Shown here in pieces: positions 15,160 through 31,894 of a DNA stretch of 64,000 bases (position 1 is its first letter; each line of letters opens with the position of its first letter). The notes under the pieces were generated by a model, which ran no database searches, had not been told where the DNA came from, and worked only from the letters and a program-made list of their open reading frames with translations. Source of the DNA: the human T2T-CHM13v2.0 reference genome, Homo sapiens; the NCBI RefSeq assembly GCF_009914755.1, contig NC_060929.1. One strand, written 5' to 3'. The position numbers and the translations under genes were made by a program.

Positions 15160-16749
15160 TCATTTTACTTTTCTTCTTTTGGGATGGTTTGGTGGACATA
15201 ACTCGTATGTGAATCTATCAGAACAAGAAATCCTACTACAAAGATGAAATTAAGTTGCCTGTGTGTTGAAGCACACAGTTTACACCCTTATGTGCTGCCG
15301 CATTGGAAAAAATTCATATGTGGCAGATGGGGAAGACCAAATAGACACATAGCAAAGGAGAAGTCTACACACTAAAGAGAGACACCCAGTCATTGTTCAC
15401 CTGAGAGCTGTGGCAGGCTCAACCTGCTGAGTACTTGTTATTCATCTTGGGTTGGCCACCCTGTTGCCAACCACCAGGAAGAGAACCTGCCATTTAGTTG
15501 ACAATCTAGAATCCAGTTCCTGGGTACTTAGTCTCTAGGTTATTCCATTAAAAAAGTGACATCTGCAACTGTAATTTCTTTCCCATGGGTCAGTGAAAGA
15601 ATTTCCAGAAATACTGTTGATCATTTCTGAGCATCGTTAACTGATCCATAGATACCAGAGACTTTTTTCTCTGTGAGGAAGAAAGTCCTTGTGATACTTT
15701 ATCGTAAGCTTGGACCACTTAGGCTATGCAAGAGATTCTGAGACCCAGCTCCCTACTACTGTGAATGTTGCTTCACATTGTTGCAAATTTCCCTCTTCTC
15801 CATCAATACATAGGGATAAGTTGAAAACCTCATCAGAATTAACAGGGAGACTGGAACTGCTTTTGATGAAAGGCCAAGAAGAGAAAGCTCTCAAAGTACT
15901 GAGTATTGTCCAGTCCAGATCACCTGGTGCTTGTAAAAAATGCAGATACTGGAGCCACTGAGTCAGACTCTCTAGAGGTAGGATTGTGGAATCTAAAATG
16001 TTAACAACCTCCCTGTGGAGTCTTAAGCATGCTAAAGTTTAATAACCACTAGTTTAGGGGTCCTCGTTTTAACTTAATCCTTAGCGGCTGCTTACATACT
16101 TCCAGGTGTTTCTCCAGACTCCATCATCCCAAGTGTGCTAAAATGGAGGAATCCGTGTCAAAATAACACTAGCAGCAATGAAGAGGCCTCATCTTCCCAA
16201 ATGTCCAAAGTGTCCCCTCTGAAGCTGTCATTGTTGTTGATGGCTCCCAGCTCTGTCTCCCCTCACTGTCTGCTTCCTCATCTGCATGGCGCAGCTTTGC
16301 CCCTAGCCCAGGCTACCAGAACTTTCTTGTGAGTGCATCACTAGCTGGGTTGCTGGCAGCATGTAATAGCTCAGATTTGGTGGTCTGACAGACTTGGGGT
16401 AGATCTTGCCTCTCTTGCTTGCCAAGTGACCTTTGCTAGTTAAATTCTCAGGCTCAGATTCCTTATTTCTAAAAAGAGAAAATAGTTTATACCTTATAGG
16501 ATTGTGTTAAGATTTAATAAGATAATTCATGTGTCTAACATATAATGAACACTCAGTACATTTTAGCTGCTTTGATATTAATATTAAATATAAAACCACA
16601 GCATTTGTCATGATTCTAGCCAACATCCCTAGATACAGGACTCTATCTTTGAGCTTGAGCCTCAGTTCAGGTGGGGACCTCTCAGTCCAGTCCAAGGGCG
16701 AACAGTTCTTCCCACATGGACATTGCCTGACTTGGTTAGAACACTGCTC

Positions 16750-18135
16750 ATGGACACACAAGTCCACTGATGACTCAACATCTTTTGTCTGGAGCTCCTA
16801 AAGGATGCTCAAACTCAAATGTCCAACAGTAAGCTTAGCATCTTCCTCTCCCAAGCTGTCCCCTGCCAGCTTTCCTTTCTTGGAGAAGAGTACCATGGTT
16901 TCTATGGTTGCATAAAACAAAAAAATCTGAAAGCCATCCTCGACACCACTTTGGAATCTATCACCGAGGCCAGTCAGCTATACTTTATAAATTTATCTCC
17001 AACCCATCTATTTCTCTCATGTCCACTGCCAATGCTCTGATTCAAGTGGTTATATATATATATCTTTTAAAACACACACGCACATATATACATATGTATT
17101 TTTTTAAACTGGGCCACCGCAACAATCTCTTAACTAGTTTTCTGATCTCACTAGTATACCCTGTGCTATACAGAACAATTAAAACACAAATCTAATTATA
17201 GCACTATCCATCCCTCTCTAGTCATTTATTCTAGCATATTCTTTTTGATATTTATTTTGCTTGACAGACTTGACAAATATATTAGTTGACATTATGTTGC
17301 ATATTTTTTGTTTATGGTCTGGCTTTCCCACTGGAATATAAGCTCCATGAGGGCAGGAACTTTGTTTTATTCGCTGTAGATGAGTGTCTGGTGCTGGTAG
17401 GCATGCAGTGAGCATTTGTTCCATGAAAGGTCTTACTCCCTTTCCGTGCTTTTCCACTGGTCTCAGGATATGGAGCAAATCTGTAGCACAACCCATGAGG
17501 CCCTGTACACACTGGCCCGTATAATACTTCTAGCTTTAGCTCCTTTCCTCTTCTCCTGCTTGAGCATTGGGCAAAAGCCAGCTTGACCTTTCTTGAATAG
17601 GTTAGGCCTCCCCTGCTTCAGGGCCTTTGCACATGCTGCTCACTCTGCCAGGAAACCTGCCTAACAACTACTCCTCAATTGCATCTTAGCTTTGTGGGGA
17701 TGTCTATACCAGCTTTTTCAACCCTGTAATTTTTTGTAGCACTCATCACAGTATGCAATTATATACCTGTTTCATGGATTATTTAATTAATATTTAATTT
17801 AATATTTAATTATTTAATTAATATCTCTGTTCTGGTAGAACAGAGATTGGCAAACTATGGCCATATGCCATACTGGGCATCCCATCTACTTTGTATGATC
17901 TGCAAATATATCCATGCTTGTTCATCTATGTATTGTCTATGGATGCTTTCATGTTACAGTGGCAGAGTATGTGACCTCATGGACTGCAAAGCTTAGATAT
18001 TTACTATCTGGCTCTTTATAGAAAAATTATGCTGACTCTTCTCTAGATTCTTCATGAGGGCAGGAGATATTTCTGTTTTATTCATTACAGCATATATTAT
18101 GTGTTCAATAAATACTACTTAGATGAACAAATGAT
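16750..18135 (+). mobile_element. L2 fragments with nested MER58-like element (~17838-18046)
   Basis: L2 3' motifs (CTCAAACTCAAATGTCCAA, CTGGAATATAAGCTCCATGAGGGCAGG). MER58-like ends CAGAGATTGGCAAACTATGGCC...GAAAAATTATGCTGACTCTTCTCTAG. Confidence 0.65.
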
Positions 18136-20159
18136 TTTGAGTAGGCCAACATTATTTTCCTACTGCTTCTCTAGAAAGTAATAATAGCCTCCATTACAGT
18201 TATATTCCTAGACTTTTGACAATTGGCTCACATTAGTAATTGCAAAAGGTAAAATTATGACTCTCAGGCATTCATTGTGATTAATATTGCTTAAATGTGA
18301 TGAATTGTGGGGCTGGGTGTAGTGCATGTTCCACAGTGGCTAGTAGGATGGGTATACGAGCAGAACTGTGAACAATATTTACATATGGAGATCAACCAAA
18401 GACAATAGAATAAATATCTATTGTCATTTATTTATAATGAAAGTATCATATAACTTTAAGAGAAATGTTTTAGGTGAAGTAGAAGTGAGTATTTGAATGA
18501 GAAGCAAAGGAAAGAAAAAGATTTGTTGTCTGAATACTTAAAACTCTGTTCCATTAGTTCTTTGCTTACCTTGCTTTGTGACACTGAACTCTTCAGTAAT
18601 GGCTCCAGGCTATAGAAAACACCTCCTATTGGAAAATTAAGTATCTAATGGCCAAATACTAGAAAGCTTTTTGGGTCAAACTAATGTTTTTTTTTCTTTT
18701 CTTTCTTTTTCTACCTATTTTTATAGAGAACAATGGCATCTAGTAAATTCTACTTGGGTGATTTCCTGGGATTACATAGAATAGTATATTTGATGTTCAT
18801 TTTACCAATTAGAATACAATGGGCTACAAGTAACACAGTATCTTTATTCAAGTCGAGTGCTTTGATAAAGACAGGTATGACTTCACAAATGAGAAGTTCA
18901 GAGGTGAGGCAGTTCTAGGCATGGGACATTTGCCTATTAAACAAATATATCTACTATGAGCCAGGCATTGTTTTAGGAACTAGAAACATGGAAATAGATA
19001 AAACTGACAAAAATCTCTGCTTTCTCGGAGATTATATTCTAGTGGGGTGAGGGAAGATCATTACTGGCCTCAGTAGGCCATTGTAAGACTTTGGGTTTTA
19101 CTCTGAGTGAAATTGGGAGCCACTGGAGGGCTTTGAGTGGATGATGAACATAATAAACTGATTTAGTTTCTAGGGGACAAAATGGCAAGAGTAGAAGCAG
19201 GGAGATGAGTCAGATGGCTATTGCAACAATTTAGGTGAGAGACAACCAGGGCTTGGACCAGGGTGGGAGTGGTGGAAGTGGGAGGAGGTAGTTGGAATCC
19301 ACATACTTCAAGATAAAATACACTCACATTTCAAGGGCTAGAGATGACCCTACGGCTTTGAGGATTGTGAAACGAGCCTGGGAGAAGTGTTTGACAATGA
19401 AAATCTTTGTAGACATAGAAAGGTTTTCATTAAAACAACAATAACAACAGAAACATGAAAAAGAGACTCAAATTCTACAAACATCTGAAGGGTGTTTGTG
19501 TAAGTTATCAACTTATTGCTTCTCAGTTCCATATGAGCCCTTCATTACCTGCTCTGACATAATGAACCTGGACCCTTTTTAGCATTTCTCCTCTGCAGCA
19601 AACATGACGATGCTGAGCTTTGTTAACAGAGAGCCCTGGAGGGGCGTTGCTGGAGGAAGGGGGTTTCTCTTGCTGGTTCCAGTATACTTGGCTCATCAGG
19701 CTTCCACCCTGACAATAGCTGATGAGTATTGATACTGTGTGCCTGAAGTGACATTTTGGCAAGTTCACCTGACATAAGGACCATAGGCAGCATGGTGGAT
19801 GATAAGGTAATGTCCATTCTACTCCTAATGATTAGAATATGCCAGAAAACAACCATATGTTCACCTTATTTGGCTCAGTCATGATGATGATCTGGATGCT
19901 ATGACCCACTGGCCCACATCAAATGGTCTCTACCTCAGTCCTAGCCTTTTCTTGTTGTTCAGAATGAGTGCCAACTGTATTTGCTCTGCCCTTTTCTCAG
20001 AACAAGTAGAGGGCAAATGAGCAGGTATTCACAGTGGCGATTGTGGATTTAAAAATATTTATTCTTTTTTACTCTTTTGTGTTAAATTTTCTACAATACA
20101 TATACATTACTTTTGTTATAAGAAAATAATAAAGTTGTTTTCATTTTTTTAATAAAGAA

Positions 20160-20522
20160 AAGAAATTTATTTTTTACAGTTTTGGAGGCTGGAAATTCCA
20201 GGGTCAAGGGGCTGCATCTGGAGGGTCTCCTGCTGGTGGGGACCTTCTGAAGAGTCCTGAGATGGTACAGTGCATCACATGGTGAGGGGACTTATGATAG
20301 GCAGCCACACTGGCTTTACAGTGGACTCACCCTCTTGATAACCAGTCCACTCCTGTGATAACCCATTCACATATCAACCCACTAATCCATTAATTCATGA
20401 ATGGATCAATCAACTGGTGAAGACAGAGTCCACATAATCCAATCACCTCCCGAGTGTTCCACCTCTCAACACTGCTGCATTGGGGATCAAGCTTCCAACA
20501 CATGAACTTTTGGGGGACACAT
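20160..20522 (-). mobile_element. MaLR LTR (MLT1A-like)
   Basis: Reads AGAAATTTATTTTTTACAGTTTTGGAGGCTGG...CCACCTCTCAACACTGCTGCATTGGGGATCAAG. Confidence 0.7.
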
Positions 20523-20708
20523 TATTTATTTAAAAAATACTTTTATTTTAGTTTCAGAGGTACATGGGCAGGTTTATTGTATGGGTAAACTCGTGACTCA
20601 AGGGTTTGTGATGAAATAATCTGTACAGAAAGTTATTTTTAGTTAAAAAAAATGTGTAGCAACTCTTCCTTTTCTACGATAAAAAACAATGGCATGCATT
20701 CCTGATTC

Positions 20709-20996
20709 TTTTTTTATTTTTTTGAGATGGAATCTCACTTGGCTAGAGTGCAGTGGTGTGATCTTGGTTCACTGCAACCTCCACCTCCTGGGTTCAAGCG
20801 GTCCTCCTGCCTCAGCCTCCTGAGTAGCTGGGACTACAGGCAAGCACCACCCCGTCAGACTAATTTTTGTATTTTTAGTAGAGATGGTGTATCACCATAT
20901 TGGTCAGGCTGGTCTCAAACTCCTGACCTCAGGTGATCTGCCTACCTTGGTATCCCAAAGTGCTGGGATTACAGGTGTGAGCCACCACGCCCAGCC
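20709..20996 (-). mobile_element. Alu (Sx-like)
   Basis: Dimer; TSD CATTCCTGATTCTT on both sides. Confidence 0.95.
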
Positions 20997-23003
20997 ACAT
21001 TCCTGATTCTTAATGTTACAATTTCCATAACACAGAAATAATTTGGAGATAATGTCATTTAGCTACAATTAGGGAAGGGAAAACTTTTCAAGCTCTCTAA
21101 AGGAGGTAAATCTTATTTTTATAATTTTGCCTTGTTTAATTTTCATTGCCATGTGCATAGCTCCAGGGAAAAGTTATCTTTTTTGGACGTTTGAACTTCC
21201 TGAATACAGCCTAGTTGGAATAAATAGCTTTCATTGTTAGAGGGACCTCAGGGACTAAGTGTTACTGAGAATTTGAATATGTCCTCCAGTTTGGAAGACA
21301 GGCTATAATAAGGACAAGCCTACAGTCGTCTTGGGATCTCATTTGCAACACTTCCTTGGCATGCTTGCAGTTTGGACAGGGTTCACGTGCCAAGGTGTAG
21401 GATGAAAGATAACCAGACCCAAAATAAACCAGGCAGTAGGACAAGTTTTGAATTTTAATGCATATTAAAAATGTTGCCCTATCCTGGGGCTGCATTTCAA
21501 AGAGAGGTATAAAGATAAATGTACCTTTATATTTTTGGTATTTGAAGGTATTTGAAGGTCTGTTTTACTAGGAGATGTTACAGTGCAATGAAAGTTGACA
21601 ACAGCTGCGCTGGACACAGCTACTTAGAGACTCAATCACCGTGAGTTTAGTTCTAAATTCATGGAATTCAGGGGTTAAGAGCATGGATTCTGAAACTAAA
21701 CTGCCCGGATTTGACTCTGTCACTTATCAGCTGAGTGACTTTGGGAAAGCTACTTACCTTATCTGTACCTGTTTTTTCTTCTGTAAGTTAGGAATAGTAA
21801 TAGACTCTTTCTATCCAGTTAGGAGGATTATTCTTTGGTGAACTCGGTGGATGAAGAATTGCTGGGGACTACAATACGGCAGAGGTTCTTTGGCTAAACT
21901 GGCAGTCATTCTCTATCCCTTTTTTTCCACAAGCTTTTCACCACAGAGGCAAGACAAGCTAACATTTACCCATTTGTTTGCCCTTGCAGCTGGTGATGGC
22001 TATTTACAGTTAGCCAATGAAACATAAGTGAAACTCTCCCCATGAAAGGGACAGTTGCAAGCTGCACTGCTTGCTCCTCTTCTTGCCTTGAACATATGTT
22101 ATGTCTGGAACTGTGGCAGGCATTTATCAACCATGAGGTGACAAGCAAACAAGAAGCCAAGATAATCTCAGAGATGCCAATCTTAATATCCATGAACTGC
22201 TGAACCAGTGCCAAAACCTAAATATTACAGACTCCTTGCTTCAGTAGGTCAGGCTTTCTGTTACTTACAGTGGAAAGCATTCGTCTTAACTGATATGTAT
22301 GGTAGATACTCCAGAGTTACCACTCTTTTTGTCCTAGTCCTGTGTTTCTCAAAATATGGTTTTTAGAACACCTGCCTTAAAATCACTTTGGGCTCCAGCC
22401 AGTGATTCAGAAATCTCTGAGAGTGGGGTCTTTGAATCTGTATGTGAAAGAAGTTCCCTAGGTGATTCTGATGCACATTCCAATTTGAGAAGTCTTAATC
22501 GGGTGTTGGCTCACTGAGTTCGTTTTTGTCGGGCAATCACTGAGCGTTTACTAAGGGCTAAGCACTGCATTAGGCATTGTGGATGCAAAGATGAACAAAA
22601 CCACTTTGCTCTTGAGGGGCTTACATTCTGGTGGCAATTTCAGTACAAGGAGGTAATTGCTTTAAAAATAAAAAAAAGGTTAGCGAAGCAGTAGGCCATT
22701 CTGAGAGATCAAGAAACTACCTGGAAGGGAAGGCTATGTGAATTACACAGTTTCAATCAAATATATGTTTTTATCCCGCTAATTTGACTCCATAGATGTT
22801 CCTTTTCTGTATTTGTGAATGTAAACTTTTAAACAGCATTACAGCGATTTTGATAACATTTCGTGACCACATACTTTGTGGAGCTAATTCTGTAAAGCTA
22901 CCTCAATGCCTTAATCAATTTTATCTTCTGGACAGTTAAAATTATCCATTATTTTCAATTTTCATTATGATTTTACCAGCATTATTTTTCTTTTTTTTTT
23001 TTT

Positions 23004-23469
23004 AAAGTGAAAGCAAGTTTATTAAAAAAGTAAGGGAATAAAAGAATGGCTACTCCATATGCAGAGCAGCCCCGTGGGCTGCTGGTTGCACATTTTTATG
23101 GTATTATCTTGATTATATGCTAAATAAGGGGTGGATTTTTCATGCCTCCCCTTTTTAGACCATGGAGGGTAACTTTCTGATGTTGCCATGGCATTTGTAA
23201 ACTGTCCTGGCACAGATGTGAGTGTAGCAATGAGGATGACCAGAGGTCACTGTCATTGCCATCTTGCCTTTGGTGGGTTTTAGCCGGCTTCTTGACTGCA
23301 ACCTGTTTTATCAGCAAGGTTTTTATGACCTTATCTTGTGCTGACCTCCTATCTCACCTTGTGACTAAGAACACCTTAACCTCCTGGGAATGCAGCTTAG
23401 TAGGTCTCAGCCTCATTTTGTCCAGTTCCTATTCAAGATGGAGTTGCTCTGGTTTAAATACTTCTGACG
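23004..23469 (-). mobile_element. MER41A-type LTR truncated at its polyadenylation site (U5 missing), part of the transduced segment
   Basis: Minus strand starts CGTCAGAAGTATTTAAACCAGAGCAACTCCATCTTGAATAGG and lacks the MER41B tandem-GAS insert (AAAAAGGGGAGGCATGAA is contiguous). It ends AATAAACTTGCTTTCACTTT followed by poly(A). Confidence 0.85.
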
Positions 23470-24185
23470 GTTTTATGCAATTTTATCATATGTGTAGGTC
23501 TGTGTATCCACCACCACAGTTGAGATATGGAATAGTCCATCCCTACGAGCACCCCTGTGTTCTCCTGTCATGCTCACCTCTCACTGCCTCCCTCCACCTT
23601 CCATAGTGCCTGGCAACGACTAATCTGGTTTCCACTTATATAATTTTGTCAGTTGGGGAATGTTATTAAATGGAATCATACAGTAGGTAATCTTTTGGGA
23701 TTGGCTTTTTAATTTAGCATAATCTCTGGAGATTCATCCAAGTTGTTGCTTGTATCAATCATTCATTTAAAAAAAATACTGAGTAGTATTTTGCACTATA
23801 CCACACATACTGCAGTTTATTCACTCATTGAAGGACACTTGGGCTGTTTCCAGATTTCAGCTATTACTAATAAGGCTGCTATAAATATTCGTGTGTAGGT
23901 GTTGTGTGAATATAAGTTTTTATTTCTCTGGGATAAATGCCCAAGGATACAAATTATGGGTCATATGGTATTTTGCAGGTTTGGTTATATAAGAAACTGC
24001 CAAACTGTTTTCAGGGTGGCTGTACCATTCCATATTCCCAGCAATGTAGGAGTGACTCAGTTTCTCTGTATCATCCCCAGCATTTGGTGTTGTCACTAAT
24101 TTTTATTCTGATAGATGTATATGTAGTGATATCCCATTATGATTTAAATTTGCATTTCCCTAATGACTAATGGCATTAGACTTAT
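23470..24185 (-). mobile_element. Ancient L1M (L1MC-like) 3' fragment, part of the transduced segment
   Basis: Reads CCTGGCAACGACTAATCTG...AAATGGAATCATACAGTA...TTTGCATTTCCCTAATGACTAATG. Confidence 0.75.
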
Positions 24186-24446
24186 TTTCTTTCTTTCTTT
24201 CTTTATTTTACTATTATTTTTATTTTATTTTATTTTTTTTAATCATATTTTAAGTTTTAGGGTACATGTGCACAGTGTGCAGGTTAGTTACATATGTATA
24301 CATGTGCCATGCTGGTGCACTGCACCCACTAACTCGTCATCTAGCATTAGGTATATCTCCCAGTGCTATCCCTCCCCCCTCCCCCCACCCCACAACAGTC
24401 CCCAGAGTGTGATATTCCCCTTCCTGTGTCCATGTGATCTCATTGT

Positions 24447-28272
<3,826 letters not shown>

Positions 28273-28335
28273 GATGATGTTAGCTGGTTATTTTGCTCAT
28301 TAGTTGATGCAGTTTCTTCCTAGTCTTGATGGTCT

Positions 28336-29352
28336 TTACATTTTGGCATGATTTTGCAGTGGCTGGTACCGGTTGTTCCTTTCCATGTTTTGCGCTTCCT
28401 TCAGGAGCTCTTTTAGGGCAGGCCTGGTGGTGACAAAACCTCTCAGCATTTGCTTGTCTGCAAAGTATTTTATTTCTCCTTCGCTTATGAAGCTTAGTTT
28501 GGCTGGATATGAAATTCTGGGTTGAAAATTCTTGTCTGTAAGAATGTTGAATATTGGCCCCCACTCTCTTCCGGCTTGTAGGGTTTCTGCCGAGAGATCC
28601 GCTGTTAGTCTGATGGGCTTCCCTTTGAGGGTAACCCGACCTTTCTCTCTGGCTGCCCTTAACATTTTTTCCTTCATTTCAACTTTGGTGAATCTGACAA
28701 TTATGTGTCTTGGAGTTGCTCTTCTTGAGGAGTATCTTTGTGGTGTTCTCTGTATTTCCTGAATCTGAACGTTGGCCTGCCTTGCTAGATTGGGGAAGTT
28801 CTCCTGGATAATATCCTGCAGAGTGTTTTCCAACTTGGTTCCATTCTCTGCATCACTTTCAGGTACACCAATCAGACATAGATTTGGTCTTTTCACATAG
28901 TCCCATATTTTTTGGAGGCTTTGCTCATTTCTTTTTATTCTTTTTTCTTTAAACTTCCCTTCTCACTTCATTTCATTCATTTCATCTTCCATTGCTGATA
29001 CCCTTTCTTCCAGTTGATCACATCGGCTCCTGAGGCTTCTGCATTCTTCACGTAGTTCTCGAGCCTTGGTTTTCAGCTCCATCAGCTCCTTTAAGCACTT
29101 CTCTGTATTGGTTATTCTAGTTATACATTCTTCTAAATTTTTTTCAAAGTTTTCAACTTCTTTGCCTTTGGTTTGAATGTCCTCCCGTAGCTCAGAGTAA
29201 TTTGATCGTCTGAAGCCTTCTTCTCTCAGCTCGTCAAAGTCATTCTCCATCCAGCTTTGTTCCGTTGCTGGTGAGGAACTGTGTTCCTTTGGAGGAGGAG
29301 AGGCGCTCTGCTTTCTAGAGTTTCCAGTTTTTCTGTTCTGTTTTTTCCCCAT
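28336..29352 (-). pseudogene. L1 ORF1p with one in-frame nonsense codon
   Basis: 1017 nt (338 codons plus stop), MGKKQNRK...QNHAKM, broken by TGA at 28963-28965 (probable CGA>TGA). Both track ORFs share one frame. Confidence 0.92.
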
Positions 29353-30259
29353 CTTTGTGGTTTTATCTACTTTTGGTCTTTGATGATGGTGATGTACAGA
29401 TGGGTTTTTGGTGTGGATGTCCTTTCTGTTTGTTAGTTTTCCTTCTAACAGACAGGACCCTCAGCTGCAGGTCTGTTGGAATACCCTGCTGTGTGACGTG
29501 TCAGTGTGCCCCTGCTGGGGGGTGCCTCCCAGTTAGGCTGCTCAGGGGTCAGGGGTCAGGGACCCAGTTGAGGAGGCAGTTTGCCTGTTCTCAGATCTCC
29601 AGCTGCGTGCTGGGAGAACCACTGCTCTCTTCAAAGCTGTCAGACAGGGACATTTAAGTCTGCAGAGGTTACTGCTGTCTTTTTGTTTGTCTGTGCCCTG
29701 CCCCCAGAGGTGGAGCCTACAGAGGCAGGCAGGCCTCCTTGGGCTGTGGTGGGCTCCGCCCAGTTCGAGCTTCCCCGCTGCTTTGTTTACCTAATCAAGC
29801 CTGGGCAATGGCGGGCGCCCCTCCCCCAGCCTCGCTGCCACCTTGCAGTTTGATCTCAGACTGCTGTGCTAGCAATCAGCGAGACTCCGTGGGCGTAGGA
29901 CCCTCCAAGACAGGTGCGGGATATAATCTCGTGGTGCGCCATTTTTTAAGCCCCTCGGAAAAGCGCAGTATTCGGGTGGGAGTGACCCGATTTTCCAGGT
30001 GCCGTCCGTCACCCCTTTCTTTGACTCGGAAAGGGAACTCCCTGACCCCTTGCGCTTCCCAAGTGAGGCAATGCCTCGCCCTGCTTCAGCTCATGCACGG
30101 TGTGCGCACCCACTGACCTGCGCCCACTGTCTGGCACTCCCTAGTGAGATGAACCTGGTACCTCAGATGGAAATGCAGAAATCACTGTCTTCTGTGTCGC
30201 TCACGCTGGGAGCTGTAGACCGGAGCTGTTCCTATTCGGCCATCTTGGCTCCTCCCCCC
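29353..30259. promoter_or_regulatory. L1 5'UTR bidirectional promoter (sense on -, antisense on +)
   Basis: Complete 5'UTR with many retained CpGs; the only clearly CpG-rich unique-length segment in the window. Confidence 0.75.
29808..30116 (+). CDS. L1 antisense ORF0, open, 102 aa
   Basis: ATG in a strong Kozak context (GCAATGG) at 29808, translating MAGAPPPASLPPCSLISDCCASNQRDSVGVGPS. Donor-like CAG|GTGCGG at 29914 and CAG|GTGCCG at 29999. Expression is not demonstrable from sequence. Confidence 0.6.
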   Translation: MAGAPPPASLPPCSLISDCCASNQRDSVGVGPSKTGAGYNLVVRHFLSPSEKRSIRVGVTRFSRCRPSPLSLTRKGNSLTPCASQVRQCLALLQLMHGVRTH

Positions 30260-31703
30260 GATTTTACCAGCATTATTTTTCATGGGAAATTCACAAGGAC
30301 AATTTACCAGTTTATAGTTTTTGTCATATTGTTTCATTTTGTGGTTATTATGACAACCAAGCCCAATTTGCCCAATTAAAATGTTACAGATCCAAATTTA
30401 GTCAAGAAGGACTTGTCTGTCAACTGTTTACCATATGAAGTTTTAGTTGTGGCTAGTTTCATATTCTTTTGATGAATATTTCCCCATGTCAATTTTTAGT
30501 TATTGAGAAAATGTGATTATTCAATCAAGCTTAAAAATAAATCTGTTAAAAATTCTCTATGTACATTTTTAGTTTGTCAGTTATGTTGAGTTTACTATTT
30601 CTAGTGGTCATATTTATTATAAATTTAATGCAAATTAAGAGTTTATATGATATTTTTCTCAGCTAATCCATGAAGACACTGGAGCAATACTCCTCAGCTA
30701 TTCCAAGGCTGATTGGCCTATTATTTTGAGAATCCAATCATTCTGTTCGTTTTGAATGACTTTATGTGCTGGATATCAAAGGTCCGCACTTGGTGGAGAG
30801 AAGAGAAAGTGATAATGCCAAAATGGTGTGGGTATTAGAGAAGGTGGGTTGAGAGTGGAGAAGTGCTTTGCGTGATTCAAGTCCCTGGAAGCAGATGGGC
30901 AGTGGGTACAGAAGCCAGTTTGATGTGACATTGTGGGTACAATGAGAAGCAAGTGCAGAGAGTAAGGATTGTATCTCGAAGAAGCCTGACAGAGAACAGG
31001 AGGGTAAATACACACAAGAGCTAGAAGTTTGAAACTTTTTAGGATGGTGCAGATTTGACATGTTTGTGGGCTAGCAGGAGAGCATCAGCTGGGAGAAAAG
31101 ACAAAAATGCAGGAAAAGGAGATTACCAACAGAGCAGTACCAATGAAGAAAAATGAAGGAACAAGAGCAAGTGCTCAGGTGGAGAGCTGGCTTCGAGTTG
31201 GAGGAAAGGAGATTAAAATTGATGCAGGTGTAGGTAAAATAGTCTTAATTTTCTCAGTGAGCCAGGAGGCAAAAGTGGCCTGCTGAGTGGGCAAGGATAG
31301 TTGAAGCTGGGTTAGTAATGGGCTTGACAACTCTTGCTTTTGGTTTGCCCTGCAGACTTTCCCATCTCCCTTCTGGTAACAACATCCTCTTTCATTTGGG
31401 GAGCTCTCCCCTGTGGATCACAGGATTTGGTATGTGACCCAAACTGGGTCATTTGCTGAATGGAGGAAGCCTGCTGTAAGAGTAAGTGAATAGAATCAGA
31501 AGGTCAGTTTGGGTCCTATTAGATTTAAGATGTCTGTTACACATCCAAAAGGAAATGTTAAGTAGGCAGTTGGATATATAAGTTCAGAGCTCAGGGGAGA
31601 GGTTAGACGTCATCTGAGTAAATGGCATGACCTAGAACTGGATAAGATCATCTATAGGGTTAGTCTCTGTTAGTTGGAGGGAGGGCCAAACAAGAAGTCC
31701 TGG

Positions 31704-31814
31704 GGAGTTCAAGGCTGCTGTGAACTGTGATTGCGCCACTACACTCCAGCTTGGGTAAGAAGAGCCAGATGCTGTCTCTAATAAATACATAAAATTTAAA
31801 ATGAAGGAAAAAAT
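31704..31814 (+). mobile_element. 5'-truncated AluJ 3' end
   Basis: GGAGTTCAAGGCTGCTGTGAAC through an A-rich tail; AAGTCCTGG on both sides. Confidence 0.8.
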
Positions 31815-31894
31815 AAGTCCTGGTGCATCATTCAGCACTAAAAGATGAGGAAGAGGAGAAAAATGTTCTGAGCTAGGAATAAACCTGGAGAGTA

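Noticed and set aside
23004-23469. MER41 as an interferon-gamma-inducible enhancer
   Set aside because: The tandem TTCCGGGAA/TTCCCGGAA GAS block of MER41B is absent; this copy is MER41A-type.
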